Under the pieces are notes generated by a model. That model worked only from the letters and a program-made list of their open reading frames with translations. It did no database searches and was not told the origin of the DNA. From positions 80,120 to 144,119 of the forward strand of contig CAYRHT010000002.1 of NCBI GenBank assembly GCA_964424195.1: a stretch of 64,000 bases of DNA, in the 5' to 3' direction. How positions within the stretch are numbered: position 1 is the stretch's first letter; each line of letters begins with the position of its first letter. Made by a program: the position numbers and the translations under genes. Origin of the DNA: an uncultured Gammaproteobacteria bacterium. GTDB taxonomy: Bacteria > Patescibacteriota > Patescibacteriia > UBA1558 > S5-K13. This document shows positions 19,504 to 29,264 of the stretch, piece by piece.

Positions 19504-21000
19504 TTACTTTAAATTATCTCTAAACAAGTCTTCTCCAACTTTAGGATTAGCTTTACCTTTAGATTCTTTCATTAACATACCAACAAAGTATTTAATCAAG
19601 TTTACCTTGCCTTCTTGGTATTGTTTAACTTGTTCAGGATTCTTTTTAATTATTTGTTTAACTAATTCTTCTATTTCAGACTCATCACTAACTTGTCCTA
19701 AATCATTTTCTTCAATAATCTGAGAGGGATCTCCTCCGCTCTCAAACATAATCTTTAATATCTTCTGGGCGTTAGAACTATTAACTTTATTCAAATAGAT
19801 GGTTTTAATAAACTCAGCCATGTTCTCAGGAGTGATTTGTAGGTCTTCTATACTAACATTAGCTTCATTCATTAATTTAAATAATTCAGAAGTAATCCAA
19901 CCTTTAATTAATTTTAAGGCTTTCTTTTTATTACTATCCCAAAGTTCATTCTCGGTTTCACTAGTACTTTCTAATTCAGAAATTAGCCATTCTTTAAACT
20001 CAGAGACTACTTTTTCAAAGTATTCACTAATTATTTTGTTATCTATTAGAGTTTCTACATCTCCTAAGCTCAATTCATATTCTTTCATAAATCTCTTTCT
20101 TTTCTCAGCTGGAAGTTCTGGTAGCTCACTTTCTATTTCTTTAATAAGTTTGTCTTCAATAATTAAAGTTGGTAGATCTGGTTCTGGGAAATAACGATAG
20201 TCATTAGCTAATTCTTTTGATCTTTGAAGTTCAGTTATTTGTTGAGAATCATTCCAACCTCGAGTAGTTTCTTCTTTTGGTGGTTTGTTGGCATTCCAAA
20301 GCTCTGTTTGTCTTCTAATTTCATATTCCAGTGCTTTTTCTACGGACTTAAAGGAATTTAGGTTCTTAACTTCAGTTTTAGGATAGAGTTGTGGGTCTCC
20401 CTCTGGTCTCATGGAGATATTAACATCACATCTTAACTGTCCTTTTTCCATATCAGCATTAGATACTTCTAAATAACGACAGATTCTTCTTAAATCTTGA
20501 AGGAAAGATTTAGCCTGAGCAGGAGTCTTAATTTCTGGTTTAGTAACAATCTCAGCCAAAGGAGTTCCAGCTCGATTAAAATCAATTAAGCTATTATCTT
20601 TTTGATGAGTATTTTTAGCAGCATCATTTTCTAGATGTAATCTTTCAATACCAATTCTAACTTTTTCTTTAGTGTTTAAAATATAATAACCTTCTGATGA
20701 GAGCGGTTCTTCAAATTGAGAGATTTGATAGCCAGTTGGAAGGTCAGGATAGAAATATGATTTTCTTTCAAAAACAGATTTCTTATTTATCTTTAAATTT
20801 AAAGCTAGAGCTAATTTAATACCATAATTCACTACTTCTTTATTCAAAACTGGTAGAGTTCCGGGATGACCACTACAAACTGGACAGATTAAAGAATTAG
20901 GTAGTTGATTATGAGCATCATTAGAACAAGAACAAAACATCTTTGATTTAGTTTTTAATTGAACATGTATTTCTAATCCGATTACTGGTTCTAGTTTCAT
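19504..21000 (-). CDS. gatB: Asp-tRNA(Asn)/Glu-tRNA(Gln) amidotransferase subunit B
   Basis: 498 aa. The N-terminus MKLEPVIGLEIHVQLKTKSKMFCSCS is typical of GatB/GatE, and there is a C-terminal GatB/YqeY domain. Confidence 0.9.
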   Translation of the reverse strand: MKLEPVIGLEIHVQLKTKSKMFCSCSNDAHNQLPNSLICPVCSGHPGTLPVLNKEVVNYGIKLALALNLKINKKSVFERKSYFYPDLPTGYQISQFEEPLSSEGYYILNTKEKVRIGIERLHLENDAAKNTHQKDNSLIDFNRAGTPLAEIVTKPEIKTPAQAKSFLQDLRRICRYLEVSNADMEKGQLRCDVNISMRPEGDPQLYPKTEVKNLNSFKSVEKALEYEIRRQTELWNANKPPKEETTRGWNDSQQITELQRSKELANDYRYFPEPDLPTLIIEDKLIKEIESELPELPAEKRKRFMKEYELSLGDVETLIDNKIISEYFEKVVSEFKEWLISELESTSETENELWDSNKKKALKLIKGWITSELFKLMNEANVSIEDLQITPENMAEFIKTIYLNKVNSSNAQKILKIMFESGGDPSQIIEENDLGQVSDESEIEELVKQIIKKNPEQVKQYQEGKVNLIKYFVGMLMKESKGKANPKVGEDLFRDNLK

Positions 21001-21016
21001 ATATTTAATTTAATTT

Positions 21017-21312
21017 TTACATTTTGTTAACTACTTCTATACCAAGTAGATTTAGTCCTGATTTCAATACTAAGCTTAGAGAATTAATTAATAATAATCT
21101 AGCTTTTACAATTTCAGGATTATCAGCGTTTAGAATAGAATTTTGATTATAGTACTTATTAAAAGTTGAAGATAGTTCTAAAAGGTAATTTGTAATTAAA
21201 GATGGTTTGTAATCTCGGGCAGCATTATTTATTACTTTAGGATAACCTCTTAAGAGGTTTAATAGCTCTTTATCTAACTTTGTATTTAGTAATGAATAAT
21301 CTATTTTATTAT
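21017..21312 (-). pseudogene. argS: 3-prime remnant of arginine--tRNA ligase (argS), covering only the last ~97 codons of the C-terminal DALR anticodon-binding domain
   Basis: The reverse-strand frame with no start codon translates to ...LLELSSTFNKYYNQNSILNADNPEIVKARLLLINSLSLVLKSGLNLLGIEVVNKM*. This is the characteristic ArgRS C-terminus ending LLGI..VxxM. The frame is closed by a stop right at the 3-prime end of the adjacent glycosyltransferase gene. Confidence 0.55.
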
Positions 21313-22491
21313 TTAATTTGTTTTTTCGTTAATATAAGACAACATTTGATCTATTTTCTTAGCCCAAGTATGTTCTTTAATAGCTTGTAATCGAGCTTCT
21401 ATTTTGTCAGGAGTATTTGTTTTTAATTCTTCATTGATGAATTTATTAAACTCTTCAAAATCATTAGTAATCTTAATATAATCTTTAAATTGTTCAACTC
21501 CGGGGGCATCAGTTGTAACTATCGGAATACCACAGGCCATATATTCATACAATTTCATTGGACAAGTGTATTTAATGAATTCATTTACTAAGTGAGGAAT
21601 AATACCAACATCAAATTGATTGATATAATCATGGATTTCATGATAGGTTTTAGCTCCCAGAAGATAGATATTTGAATATTGTCTTAGTCTTTCATCGTCT
21701 TCTTTACGCCAGATAGGACCAATCATAACAATTGATTTATCAGGATTCTTCTGAGCAATATGCTCAATTAGATCCATATAGATTCTATTTTCTTGGATAA
21801 CTCCCACATAACCAATAATTGGTCGAGGTATTTGAGCAATATCATTATTTATTAACTTACTAGTAATTTGATAATGTCCTAAATCAATTCCTTGAGTTAT
21901 TTGAAACATATTTTCTTTCCGAGGATGGAATATCTTTTCAGAGTTAGAAGAAAGGATGAATATTAGTTTAGCTTTGTCTCTAATTATTTCATAGTTCTTT
22001 TTTAATTTAGGCCATAGCTTTTTGTAGGAAGCATGTTCACACCAATTATCAACTGTATCAAATACTGAAATATCATGATCAATTTCATCAAAATATTCTG
22101 TAATTAAGGGATAATTTGACCAGAGAATGATATTTTCAAAACCTTCTTTCTGAGTATATTTATTAATGCTTTTTAAAGCTCCTTTGACAGTGAATTTATT
22201 CTTAATAGTTGAATAGACAGTTATTTTCTTATCAGCTTGATAGATTCTAGTGAAGGGAGTTAATTTTATTGTTTTGCCATTGGGAGTGTTAATTATATTC
22301 TCATACCAATTCCTGAAAAATCTTTTCCAAGTGTGAGGGAGATAATCAATAGCTAGAATTCTATTAATCTGATGGTTATTTTTTAAATGATCAACAATAT
22401 GGAAATTACGATTACTAACTCCTCTATCCCATTCAGTAAAGCTAGACATATTGAACATAATCACATCATATTTTTTCTCATTTTTATCCAT
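21313..22491 (-). CDS. Glycosyltransferase, GT1/GT4-like (GT-B fold)
   Basis: 392 aa. The C-terminal motif region GPIWRKEDDERL ... EFIKYTCPMKLYEYMACGIPIVTT is typical of GT-B retaining transferases. Confidence 0.7.
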   Translation of the reverse strand: MDKNEKKYDVIMFNMSSFTEWDRGVSNRNFHIVDHLKNNHQINRILAIDYLPHTWKRFFRNWYENIINTPNGKTIKLTPFTRIYQADKKITVYSTIKNKFTVKGALKSINKYTQKEGFENIILWSNYPLITEYFDEIDHDISVFDTVDNWCEHASYKKLWPKLKKNYEIIRDKAKLIFILSSNSEKIFHPRKENMFQITQGIDLGHYQITSKLINNDIAQIPRPIIGYVGVIQENRIYMDLIEHIAQKNPDKSIVMIGPIWRKEDDERLRQYSNIYLLGAKTYHEIHDYINQFDVGIIPHLVNEFIKYTCPMKLYEYMACGIPIVTTDAPGVEQFKDYIKITNDFEEFNKFINEELKTNTPDKIEARLQAIKEHTWAKKIDQMLSYINEKTN

Positions 22492-23596
22492 TGATATATT
22501 CTATTAATTTTTTACTAATATCTTTCCAGAGGAAATTATTTTTAATTCTTTTTTGAGCATTATTTCCTAATTGATTAGCTAACTCTTTATTATCTAATAA
22601 TTTAATAATATTATCTTTTAATTCTTTAATGCTATTTTCTTTAATTAATAATCCAGTTTTGTTTTCTAGAACTGCTTCTTTAGATCCTCCTTCAGTGCTA
22701 GCGATTACTGGTTTAGCAAGGATTCCAGCTTCTAAATATACTATCCCAAATCCTTCAACATCTTTGCTAGAAGTTTTACTAACCATAGTGAAAATATCTG
22801 CTAGTTCATAGAAATATGGGAGTTCATCATTCTCAATATCAGTTAGTATTTTAATATTATCTTCTAATCCATAGGCTTTAATTCTTAAATCGTAATCTTT
22901 TTTTTGAGGACCATTACCAATTATTATATAAACTAACTCAGGAGTATCTTTTACTAGCTCTTTCATAGCATCAATAACTAATTGTTGATTCTTTCTATGT
23001 ACTAAGCGTCCAGTTGTGAGAATTACTTTTTTTTCTTTTAAATTATGTTTCTCTTTTATTTCGTTTAATTTAGTTTCGTTTATTTGAGTAAACTTTTCAC
23101 TAACTCCGGGATAAACAATTTTAATTTTACTCTGATCTTCTACTATATCTTTGAGCAAATCTTTTGTGCACTGACTATTTACAGTTATGAATTTAGCATT
23201 AGCTAGTATTTTGTTAGCGAGTTTCTTTTTTCTGAATCTTTTTTGAGAGTTAAGAATATCTAAACCATGTAAAGAAACAAAATATGGAATTTTAAAGAGT
23301 TTATGGGTGATATATGTTACTGTGCCAGAAGGTAATAAATCACCAGCCCAGAGAATTTCTACATTATGTTTCTTGATTAATTTAATAGTTGTTTTTAAAG
23401 CATAAAGCCATCTAGGCCAAATTAAAGTATATAATAGTGGTTGATTGTATATTCTAAGATTATTATCTTCTTTTTTAGCGCTAGTAAGGATAAAAATATT
23501 ATCCTTAGGGAATTTCTTCACTAGGTTATAGTAATAATTAGCCACTCCTCCTCTATTAGGCCAAAAATCTAATGTGATGAGTAATGTATTTTTCAT
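22484..23596 (-). CDS. Glycosyltransferase family 4 (GT-B fold)
   Basis: 370 aa. Motif MVSKTSSKDVEGFGIVYLEAGILAKPVIASTEGG (the EX7E-type region). It overlaps the next GT gene by 8 nt, consistent with an operon. Confidence 0.8.
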   Translation of the reverse strand: MKNTLLITLDFWPNRGGVANYYYNLVKKFPKDNIFILTSAKKEDNNLRIYNQPLLYTLIWPRWLYALKTTIKLIKKHNVEILWAGDLLPSGTVTYITHKLFKIPYFVSLHGLDILNSQKRFRKKKLANKILANAKFITVNSQCTKDLLKDIVEDQSKIKIVYPGVSEKFTQINETKLNEIKEKHNLKEKKVILTTGRLVHRKNQQLVIDAMKELVKDTPELVYIIIGNGPQKKDYDLRIKAYGLEDNIKILTDIENDELPYFYELADIFTMVSKTSSKDVEGFGIVYLEAGILAKPVIASTEGGSKEAVLENKTGLLIKENSIKELKDNIIKLLDNKELANQLGNNAQKRIKNNFLWKDISKKLIEYING

Positions 23597-23606
23597 TTGA
23601 TATAAT

Positions 23607-26600
23607 TTATCTATTCAAAGCTCCTCTAGTCTGAGGACCTACATAACCAACTTGCATGATATCATTAGCTTTTTGGAAGTCTTTTACTGCTTGAGCAGTA
23701 ATAGGTCCAAAATAACCAGTAATATATTCATATGTAAAGTATCCTAGAGCTTTAAGCTTAGTTTGTAATTGTCTTACTTCTTCACTAGTTATTCCAATGT
23801 TTAAGAAACTAGTAAAAATATGATCATTGTTAGTTGTACTTATCTCTTCTTTTTTTACAGATACATCTTCTCCATCTGAATAAGTGATACTACTATCAAT
23901 AACTTGAATATCGTTCCAATTATAGTTAAAGCTATTAAAAGTAGCTTCATCTTTAATCCATCGTTTAGTATTGTCTTCTAAGAGATATACTTTAGGACTA
24001 TTTGGATATTTGAATAAAGTGTAAATAACTGTTTCTGGTATTACATTATCTTCATTTAGATTTTTCACTGTGATTTCTGCTCTATTAACTACAACATCTT
24101 CAAACTTAACTTCTAAATCATTAATACCATCATTATCTAAATCTACATACTTAATTTCATCCAAAGTTAATGTTAAAGTAATTGGATTAGAATGAATAGT
24201 AATAGTTACTATGTTATGAAAGAGGTCTAAGTTAGTGATATTTAAACTATGATTTTGACTAACACTAGTTCCATAATTACTAACTTCAGTATCAAAACTA
24301 GCTGTAGAATTAATATACATTAATAGATTATTTCCAGTAGAACTTACATTGCCTACTTCTCCACTTTGATTCATCCCAACACTAGTATCTGCTGTTCCAG
24401 TCCCTACTGCAGGTGCTGGAGCAGAAGCTCCTCCACCGCCGGAAGTATCATTATCAGTAATTGTAACTGTAATATCAGTTAAACTATATCCATCATAGTT
24501 TGTATCATCACTAGCCGCTGTATGAGTTATTGTTCCAGAATGTGAATCATCTTCATCAGTAGTATCATCAACAGCTGTAATAGTTACTGTTTGCACTGTG
24601 TCCCAGTTAGCAGAAGTGAAGGTAAGAGTAGTTGGACTAACTGTAGATTGACTATCTGGTGTAACCGTAACTACTACATCATCGGTCGGTTCAGAATCTA
24701 AAACTAAAGTATAGGTATCAGTTGTTCCATCTTCAGTGACTGTAGCTGTAGTTTCAGATTGAGTCATTCCAGCCGTATCATTATCAGTAACATTAGCACT
24801 AACACTACTAATGGTAATTCCATCATAACTAGTATCACTACTAGCTGCTGTATGAGTAATAGTAGAAGTATGTGAAGCATCTTCATCTATATCATCATTA
24901 GTAGCTGTAACAGTTACAGTCTGAGCATCTGACCAATCCCCGGTAGTAAAGGTTAAAGTAGAAGAATCAACACTTGATTGTGAATCAACGCTAACTGTAA
25001 TTACCACACTAGCAGTTGGTAGATGATCTAAAACAACAGTATATGTATCGGTTGTTCCAGCTTCCGTTAAATCAGTTGAACTAGAAGATTCAGTGACAGT
25101 AACTCCATCTTCATAGACATATGCTCCTAAATCCCAAGTAACTCTAGTTGTTGTTGCTGGTCCTGGCCAAGTAGCTGCTTTCTCAATACCTAATTCATAT
25201 GTTGAACCTAAAGTAGTTGTTCCTACTCCAATAGCTGGTGATCCAGTCTGAAGAAAGAAATTCAAAGTTGAAGTTGATACAAATAGTGGATCTGCTTCAA
25301 TACTATTTGTAGCATCACTAGTTAATGTTTGCCAAGCTGAAATGGTATTATTATTTGTATTATTATATTTTAAATTAATGTCTCCGCTCTGAGTATAAAA
25401 ACTATTATTGTCATTAGAAAATCCTGAAGTACTATATTCACCAACATTAATAGAATAAAAAGTAGTTGTAGTTGGAGTTATACCGTATATAATATTATTA
25501 TATACTGAACAATTGGTGGAGGCTGTGGCTGTGGCTTCTTCATTATGATATCTTACATCAACACCAAAAGAATGTTCTGCTGTATCAATAGCATTATAAA
25601 TAGTATTATTAACAACATCTACTCCTCCCATTCCTTTCATCACAATTCCAGCAATATTATTATTATAAAGAATATTGTTATATACTCCACCACTAGTATA
25701 CTGCATGGTATTGTTAGATTTTACAATTATTCCATAACCACCACCAGCAACAAAATTATGCTCTATTTGAGCGTTAATATTATATCCTACAATTATATTA
25801 TGAGTAGAATGATTTAATATACTATCATCCCAATAAGCAGCTCCTAATACTTTATTACCGGTAATTATTGCTCCATCTAATTTATTCATTACTCCAATAG
25901 CAGGAGTAGCATCATGACCAACACTTAATATATACCCACCTAAACTTTTACTATTAAAAGTGTTATTAGTTATAGTTGGAGTACCGGCAGTTGATCCTAT
26001 TAGCGGAACCATCTGTATATGAGTATAATTGTCTTCAGTTTCAGTAGTAAAAGTATTATTATTAAAGGTGGAATCATAAGAATCATTCATAAAAAATAAA
26101 TGTTTATCAGCAATTTGACTTGCACTTGAAAGAGTAAAAGTATTATCGCTAATATTTGCACTGTAATTACCAAGAATTTCAAAAAAATGATCAGATGGGG
26201 CAATGCTAGTTGTAATAGTATTACTAGTTAAAGTTAGAGTTCCACCATCAGAAGTTGGTGGAATAACTATCAAATTAGTTAAAGATGTAGCTGGAGTTAT
26301 TGTGTTATCAGTAACATTAAGAGTTATATCACTATCTACATTAAAAACCGCTATAACAGCAGTAGGATTAATTGTGTTATCATCAACAGTCATCGTAGTA
26401 CCGCTCCCCTTAATATTGAAAATATATGAACTAGGATTTACATCTAATGTTGAAGTGGTCATGTTAAAATCGCTATAAATCTGGAAAGTAGCAGCCCCAC
26501 CACCAGTAACAGTAGCGTTATCTATAACTAAAGAAGCACTAGTTGAGAAAGTATAGATACCATAGGTAGATGAATCAAAGATAAAATTACAATCATTAAA

Positions 26601-27047
26601 AGTATAAGTTCCAGTAGCATCATTATGAGTATAAATACCATGAGTAATAGTGCCTACTTCATTAACATCAAAAGTAAAACCAGTAAAGCTAATATCCTGA
26701 CTTGAATTTCTAATATAGATAATATATTTACTTGAAGCATTGGCTTGTACAATAACTTCTCCACTAGCAATCCAAGTAATACCTTTAGCTGGATTCATAT
26801 AAATACCACCATATTCACTAGCTCCTATTTCTTCATAAGTACCAGCATTAACGTAAACAGTATCTCCATTAGCTGCTTGAGTATGAGCAGATTGCATAGT
26901 TAACCAAGCATTTCCAGCACCAGCACTAGTTCCAGCATTACCATCATTTCCAAGTTTATCAACATAATAAGTGGCAGCATAAATTTTCGGAGCAAATACA
27001 AAGATTCCTAGAATGATTAAGAAGGAAATTAGTAGATATTTTTTCAT
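23607..27047 (-). CDS. Large secreted cell-surface protein with a right-handed parallel beta-helix (pectin-lyase-like) region, tandem Thr/Asp-rich repeat domains, and a C-terminal peptidoglycan-binding domain
   Basis: 1146 aa. Signal peptide MKKYLLISFLIILGIFVFAPKIYA. Repeated NxTIxxN/beta-helix turns. Two tandem ~105-aa repeats. The C-terminus LQTKLKALGYFTYEYITGYFGPITAQAVKDFQKANDIMQVGYVGPQTRGAL matches PG_binding_1-type domains. Confidence 0.75.
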   Translation of the reverse strand: MKKYLLISFLIILGIFVFAPKIYAATYYVDKLGNDGNAGTSAGAGNAWLTMQSAHTQAANGDTVYVNAGTYEEIGASEYGGIYMNPAKGITWIASGEVIVQANASSKYIIYIRNSSQDISFTGFTFDVNEVGTITHGIYTHNDATGTYTFNDCNFIFDSSTYGIYTFSTSASLVIDNATVTGGGAATFQIYSDFNMTTSTLDVNPSSYIFNIKGSGTTMTVDDNTINPTAVIAVFNVDSDITLNVTDNTITPATSLTNLIVIPPTSDGGTLTLTSNTITTSIAPSDHFFEILGNYSANISDNTFTLSSASQIADKHLFFMNDSYDSTFNNNTFTTETEDNYTHIQMVPLIGSTAGTPTITNNTFNSKSLGGYILSVGHDATPAIGVMNKLDGAIITGNKVLGAAYWDDSILNHSTHNIIVGYNINAQIEHNFVAGGGYGIIVKSNNTMQYTSGGVYNNILYNNNIAGIVMKGMGGVDVVNNTIYNAIDTAEHSFGVDVRYHNEEATATASTNCSVYNNIIYGITPTTTTFYSINVGEYSTSGFSNDNNSFYTQSGDINLKYNNTNNNTISAWQTLTSDATNSIEADPLFVSTSTLNFFLQTGSPAIGVGTTTLGSTYELGIEKAATWPGPATTTRVTWDLGAYVYEDGVTVTESSSSTDLTEAGTTDTYTVVLDHLPTASVVITVSVDSQSSVDSSTLTFTTGDWSDAQTVTVTATNDDIDEDASHTSTITHTAASSDTSYDGITISSVSANVTDNDTAGMTQSETTATVTEDGTTDTYTLVLDSEPTDDVVVTVTPDSQSTVSPTTLTFTSANWDTVQTVTITAVDDTTDEDDSHSGTITHTAASDDTNYDGYSLTDITVTITDNDTSGGGGASAPAPAVGTGTADTSVGMNQSGEVGNVSSTGNNLLMYINSTASFDTEVSNYGTSVSQNHSLNITNLDLFHNIVTITIHSNPITLTLTLDEIKYVDLDNDGINDLEVKFEDVVVNRAEITVKNLNEDNVIPETVIYTLFKYPNSPKVYLLEDNTKRWIKDEATFNSFNYNWNDIQVIDSSITYSDGEDVSVKKEEISTTNNDHIFTSFLNIGITSEEVRQLQTKLKALGYFTYEYITGYFGPITAQAVKDFQKANDIMQVGYVGPQTRGALNR
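24456..25085 (-). repeat. Two tandem ~315-bp intragenic repeats encoding ~105-aa Thr/Asp-rich (Calx-beta/cadherin-like?) domains
   Basis: Protein repeats TEAGTTDTYTVVLDHLPTASVVITVSVDSQSSVDSSTLTFTTGDWSDAQTVTVTATNDDIDEDASHTSTITHTAASSDTSYDG and TEDGTTDTYTLVLDSEPTDDVVVTVTPDSQSTVSPTTLTFTSANWDTVQTVTITAVDDTTDEDDSHSGTITHTAASDDTNYDG. The boundaries are approximate. Confidence 0.65.
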
Positions 27048-27077
27048 ATTATTTTTTCATTAATAGTTTATTTAAAA

Positions 27078-28115
27078 TTATAATGTTTTTTGATACTCTA
27101 TATGAGTTGGATAAGCAAATTCAATGTTTTCTTTTCTAAATTTATCTATAATAGCTAAATTAATTTTTTCTACCATATTTAAATATTCCTTGTAGTCTTG
27201 AGTATTTACATAATATGATACCTCAAATTTCAAAGTAGACTCTCCAAAAGTTTTGAAATGACATCGATCAAATTCAAGTTCGGAGTTTGCTTCGACTATA
27301 GTTTGAATCATTTGAGGAATCTTTGTTAATTTTTCTTGCTCGGTTTCATAGGTAACATCTAAATTAAATAAACATCTTCTTTTTTCTAGTCTTTTAAAGT
27401 TTTGAACTCGAGCATCAGTTAATTCACTATTAGTAATGATTAATTGTTGACCATCTAAAGCTCTGAGTCTGCTAGTTTTAATCCCTATTTGTTCTACAGT
27501 TCCCATGTCTTTACCAACTATAATGAAATCTCCTACTTCAAAGGGCTTATCAATTAGAATAGAGAAAGAAGAAAAAATATCTTTTAAAATATTTTGCAGA
27601 GCTAAAGCAATAGCAATACCTCCAATACCAAGACCAGCAATTAGAGAAGAGATATTAACTCCTAAATTACCTAGAGCTAGAACTATTCCAAAAGACCAAA
27701 CACATATTTTTATAATCAGTTTAATAGTTCTGGTAATAGAAGCATTCTCTTTCCCTTTAGCTTTGAAAGAATAATCAACCATTCTTTCAATAGCATGAAT
27801 TACTTCATAGACGATTGCGATTATAAAAAGAATGTTAATTATTTTAATAGCTATATCAGGAATTACTAAAGTTTTAATGGAAATATATAAAGAAGCAAGT
27901 AAATAAAAAGGAGGCTTAATTGTTTTGAAGATGTCTATAAAAACATCGTCAAAGTTAGTTTTAGTTTTCTCAGCTAACTTCTTTAGTCTAGCTAAAATAA
28001 TTTCTCTAAAGATCTTTAAAATAATTAGGAGTCCAATAAAAATAACTAAAGCTTGTAAATAACTATAAGCACTATTATTCCAAAGGATTAGATTTTTTAA
28101 TTGTTCTAAAATCAT
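27078..28115 (-). CDS. Small-conductance mechanosensitive channel (MscS family)
   Basis: 345 aa. N-terminal TM helices and the conserved MscS beta-domain region FEVGDFIIVGKDMGTVEQIGIKTSRLRALDGQQLIITNSEL. Confidence 0.8.
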   Translation of the reverse strand: MILEQLKNLILWNNSAYSYLQALVIFIGLLIILKIFREIILARLKKLAEKTKTNFDDVFIDIFKTIKPPFYLLASLYISIKTLVIPDIAIKIINILFIIAIVYEVIHAIERMVDYSFKAKGKENASITRTIKLIIKICVWSFGIVLALGNLGVNISSLIAGLGIGGIAIALALQNILKDIFSSFSILIDKPFEVGDFIIVGKDMGTVEQIGIKTSRLRALDGQQLIITNSELTDARVQNFKRLEKRRCLFNLDVTYETEQEKLTKIPQMIQTIVEANSELEFDRCHFKTFGESTLKFEVSYYVNTQDYKEYLNMVEKINLAIIDKFRKENIEFAYPTHIEYQKTL

Positions 28116-28220
28116 AAGTTTAGGTATTAAATTATAACAAAAAGTGTAGATTTTCTAATTTATCTACTGTTTTTAGTATAGCAGATTTGCTCTTCAAAAC
28201 AAGTTTAAATTAGCTTACTT

Positions 28221-28231
28221 TTAGGGTATAA
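28221..28231 (+). promoter_or_regulatory. Candidate extended -10 element (TAGGGTATAAT) immediately upstream of the radical-SAM-like gene
   Basis: TATAAT at 28226-28231 lies only 7 nt before the ATG at 28239. No SD sequence is present, so a leaderless transcript is possible. Confidence 0.25.
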
Positions 28232-28238
28232 TATAGAT

Positions 28239-29261
28239 ATGCAAGAAGCATTATTGTATCAAAAAAATAAGAAGAATAAGATAGATTGTAGATTATGCAA
28301 TCGTTTTTGTAATATTTCATTAAATGAAACTGGTTCTTGTGGAGTCAGGAAAAATATAGCTGGTAAATTATATGCTTTGAATTACAATCGACTTCTTACT
28401 CAAGAAGTTGATCCAATTGAAAAGAGAGCTCTTTTTCACTTCTTGCCAGGCACTCTAACTCACTCTATTTCAGCTATGGGTTGTAATTTAAAGAACGATA
28501 GTTGCCAGAATTGGCAGATTTCTAAATTACAAAATATTGAGAAATTAGATGATAAATTTCCAGGGGAAGAAATTAAAGCTGAAGAAATTATTGAAAGAGC
28601 TCAAAAGAATAATTGTTCATCAATTTCTTATGCTTTTACAGAACCAACAGTATTCTTGGAAACTGCTTTACCAATCATGAAATTAGCTCATCAACATCAA
28701 TTAAAGAATGTTTGGATTTCTAATGGTTATATGACTAAAGAATGTTTAGATTTAATCCTCCCCTATTTAGATGCTGTTAATATTGATTTAAAATTCTTTT
28801 CAGATAAGAAGTACCAGAAAGTGTTGGGTGGATCTTTGGACCCTATTTTAGATAATCTAATTTATTTAAAAAAGAATAACATTTTTCTAGAACTAAGTAC
28901 TATTTTAATTCCTGGAAAAACAAATACTAAGAAACAATTATCAGGTATTACTAAATTTATTGTAGATCAGTTAGGAGATGATACTCCTTGGCATATTTCT
29001 AAATCTTCTTTTAAGTCTTCATTTAAATTCTTCTCTAAAAGAGCTATTTCTGACAAGGAGTTAGAAAAAGCCTATCAAATTGGTAAAGATGCTGGTTTAA
29101 AATATATTTATTTAGGAAATATAGCTACTGATGATCGAGAAAATACCTATTGTCCAGAATGTGAAGCTTTGAATATTGAGAGACAAGGTCGTGTGATTAC
29201 TCGTGATGATCAAAATGGTCTATGTCAGAATTGTAAACAAAGTTTAAATATAATAACTTAA
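28239..29261 (+). CDS. AmmeMemoRadiSam-type (PflA-like) radical SAM enzyme homologue with a degenerate cysteine motif
   Basis: 340 aa. N-terminal Cys cluster CRLCNRFCNISLNETGSCGVRKN, then DPIEKRALFHFLPG and GCNLKNDSCQNWQIS. The canonical CxxxCxxC has its middle Cys replaced by Asn (codon AAC). Confidence 0.55.
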   Translation: MQEALLYQKNKKNKIDCRLCNRFCNISLNETGSCGVRKNIAGKLYALNYNRLLTQEVDPIEKRALFHFLPGTLTHSISAMGCNLKNDSCQNWQISKLQNIEKLDDKFPGEEIKAEEIIERAQKNNCSSISYAFTEPTVFLETALPIMKLAHQHQLKNVWISNGYMTKECLDLILPYLDAVNIDLKFFSDKKYQKVLGGSLDPILDNLIYLKKNNIFLELSTILIPGKTNTKKQLSGITKFIVDQLGDDTPWHISKSSFKSSFKFFSKRAISDKELEKAYQIGKDAGLKYIYLGNIATDDRENTYCPECEALNIERQGRVITRDDQNGLCQNCKQSLNIIT

Positions 29262-29264
29262 TTT

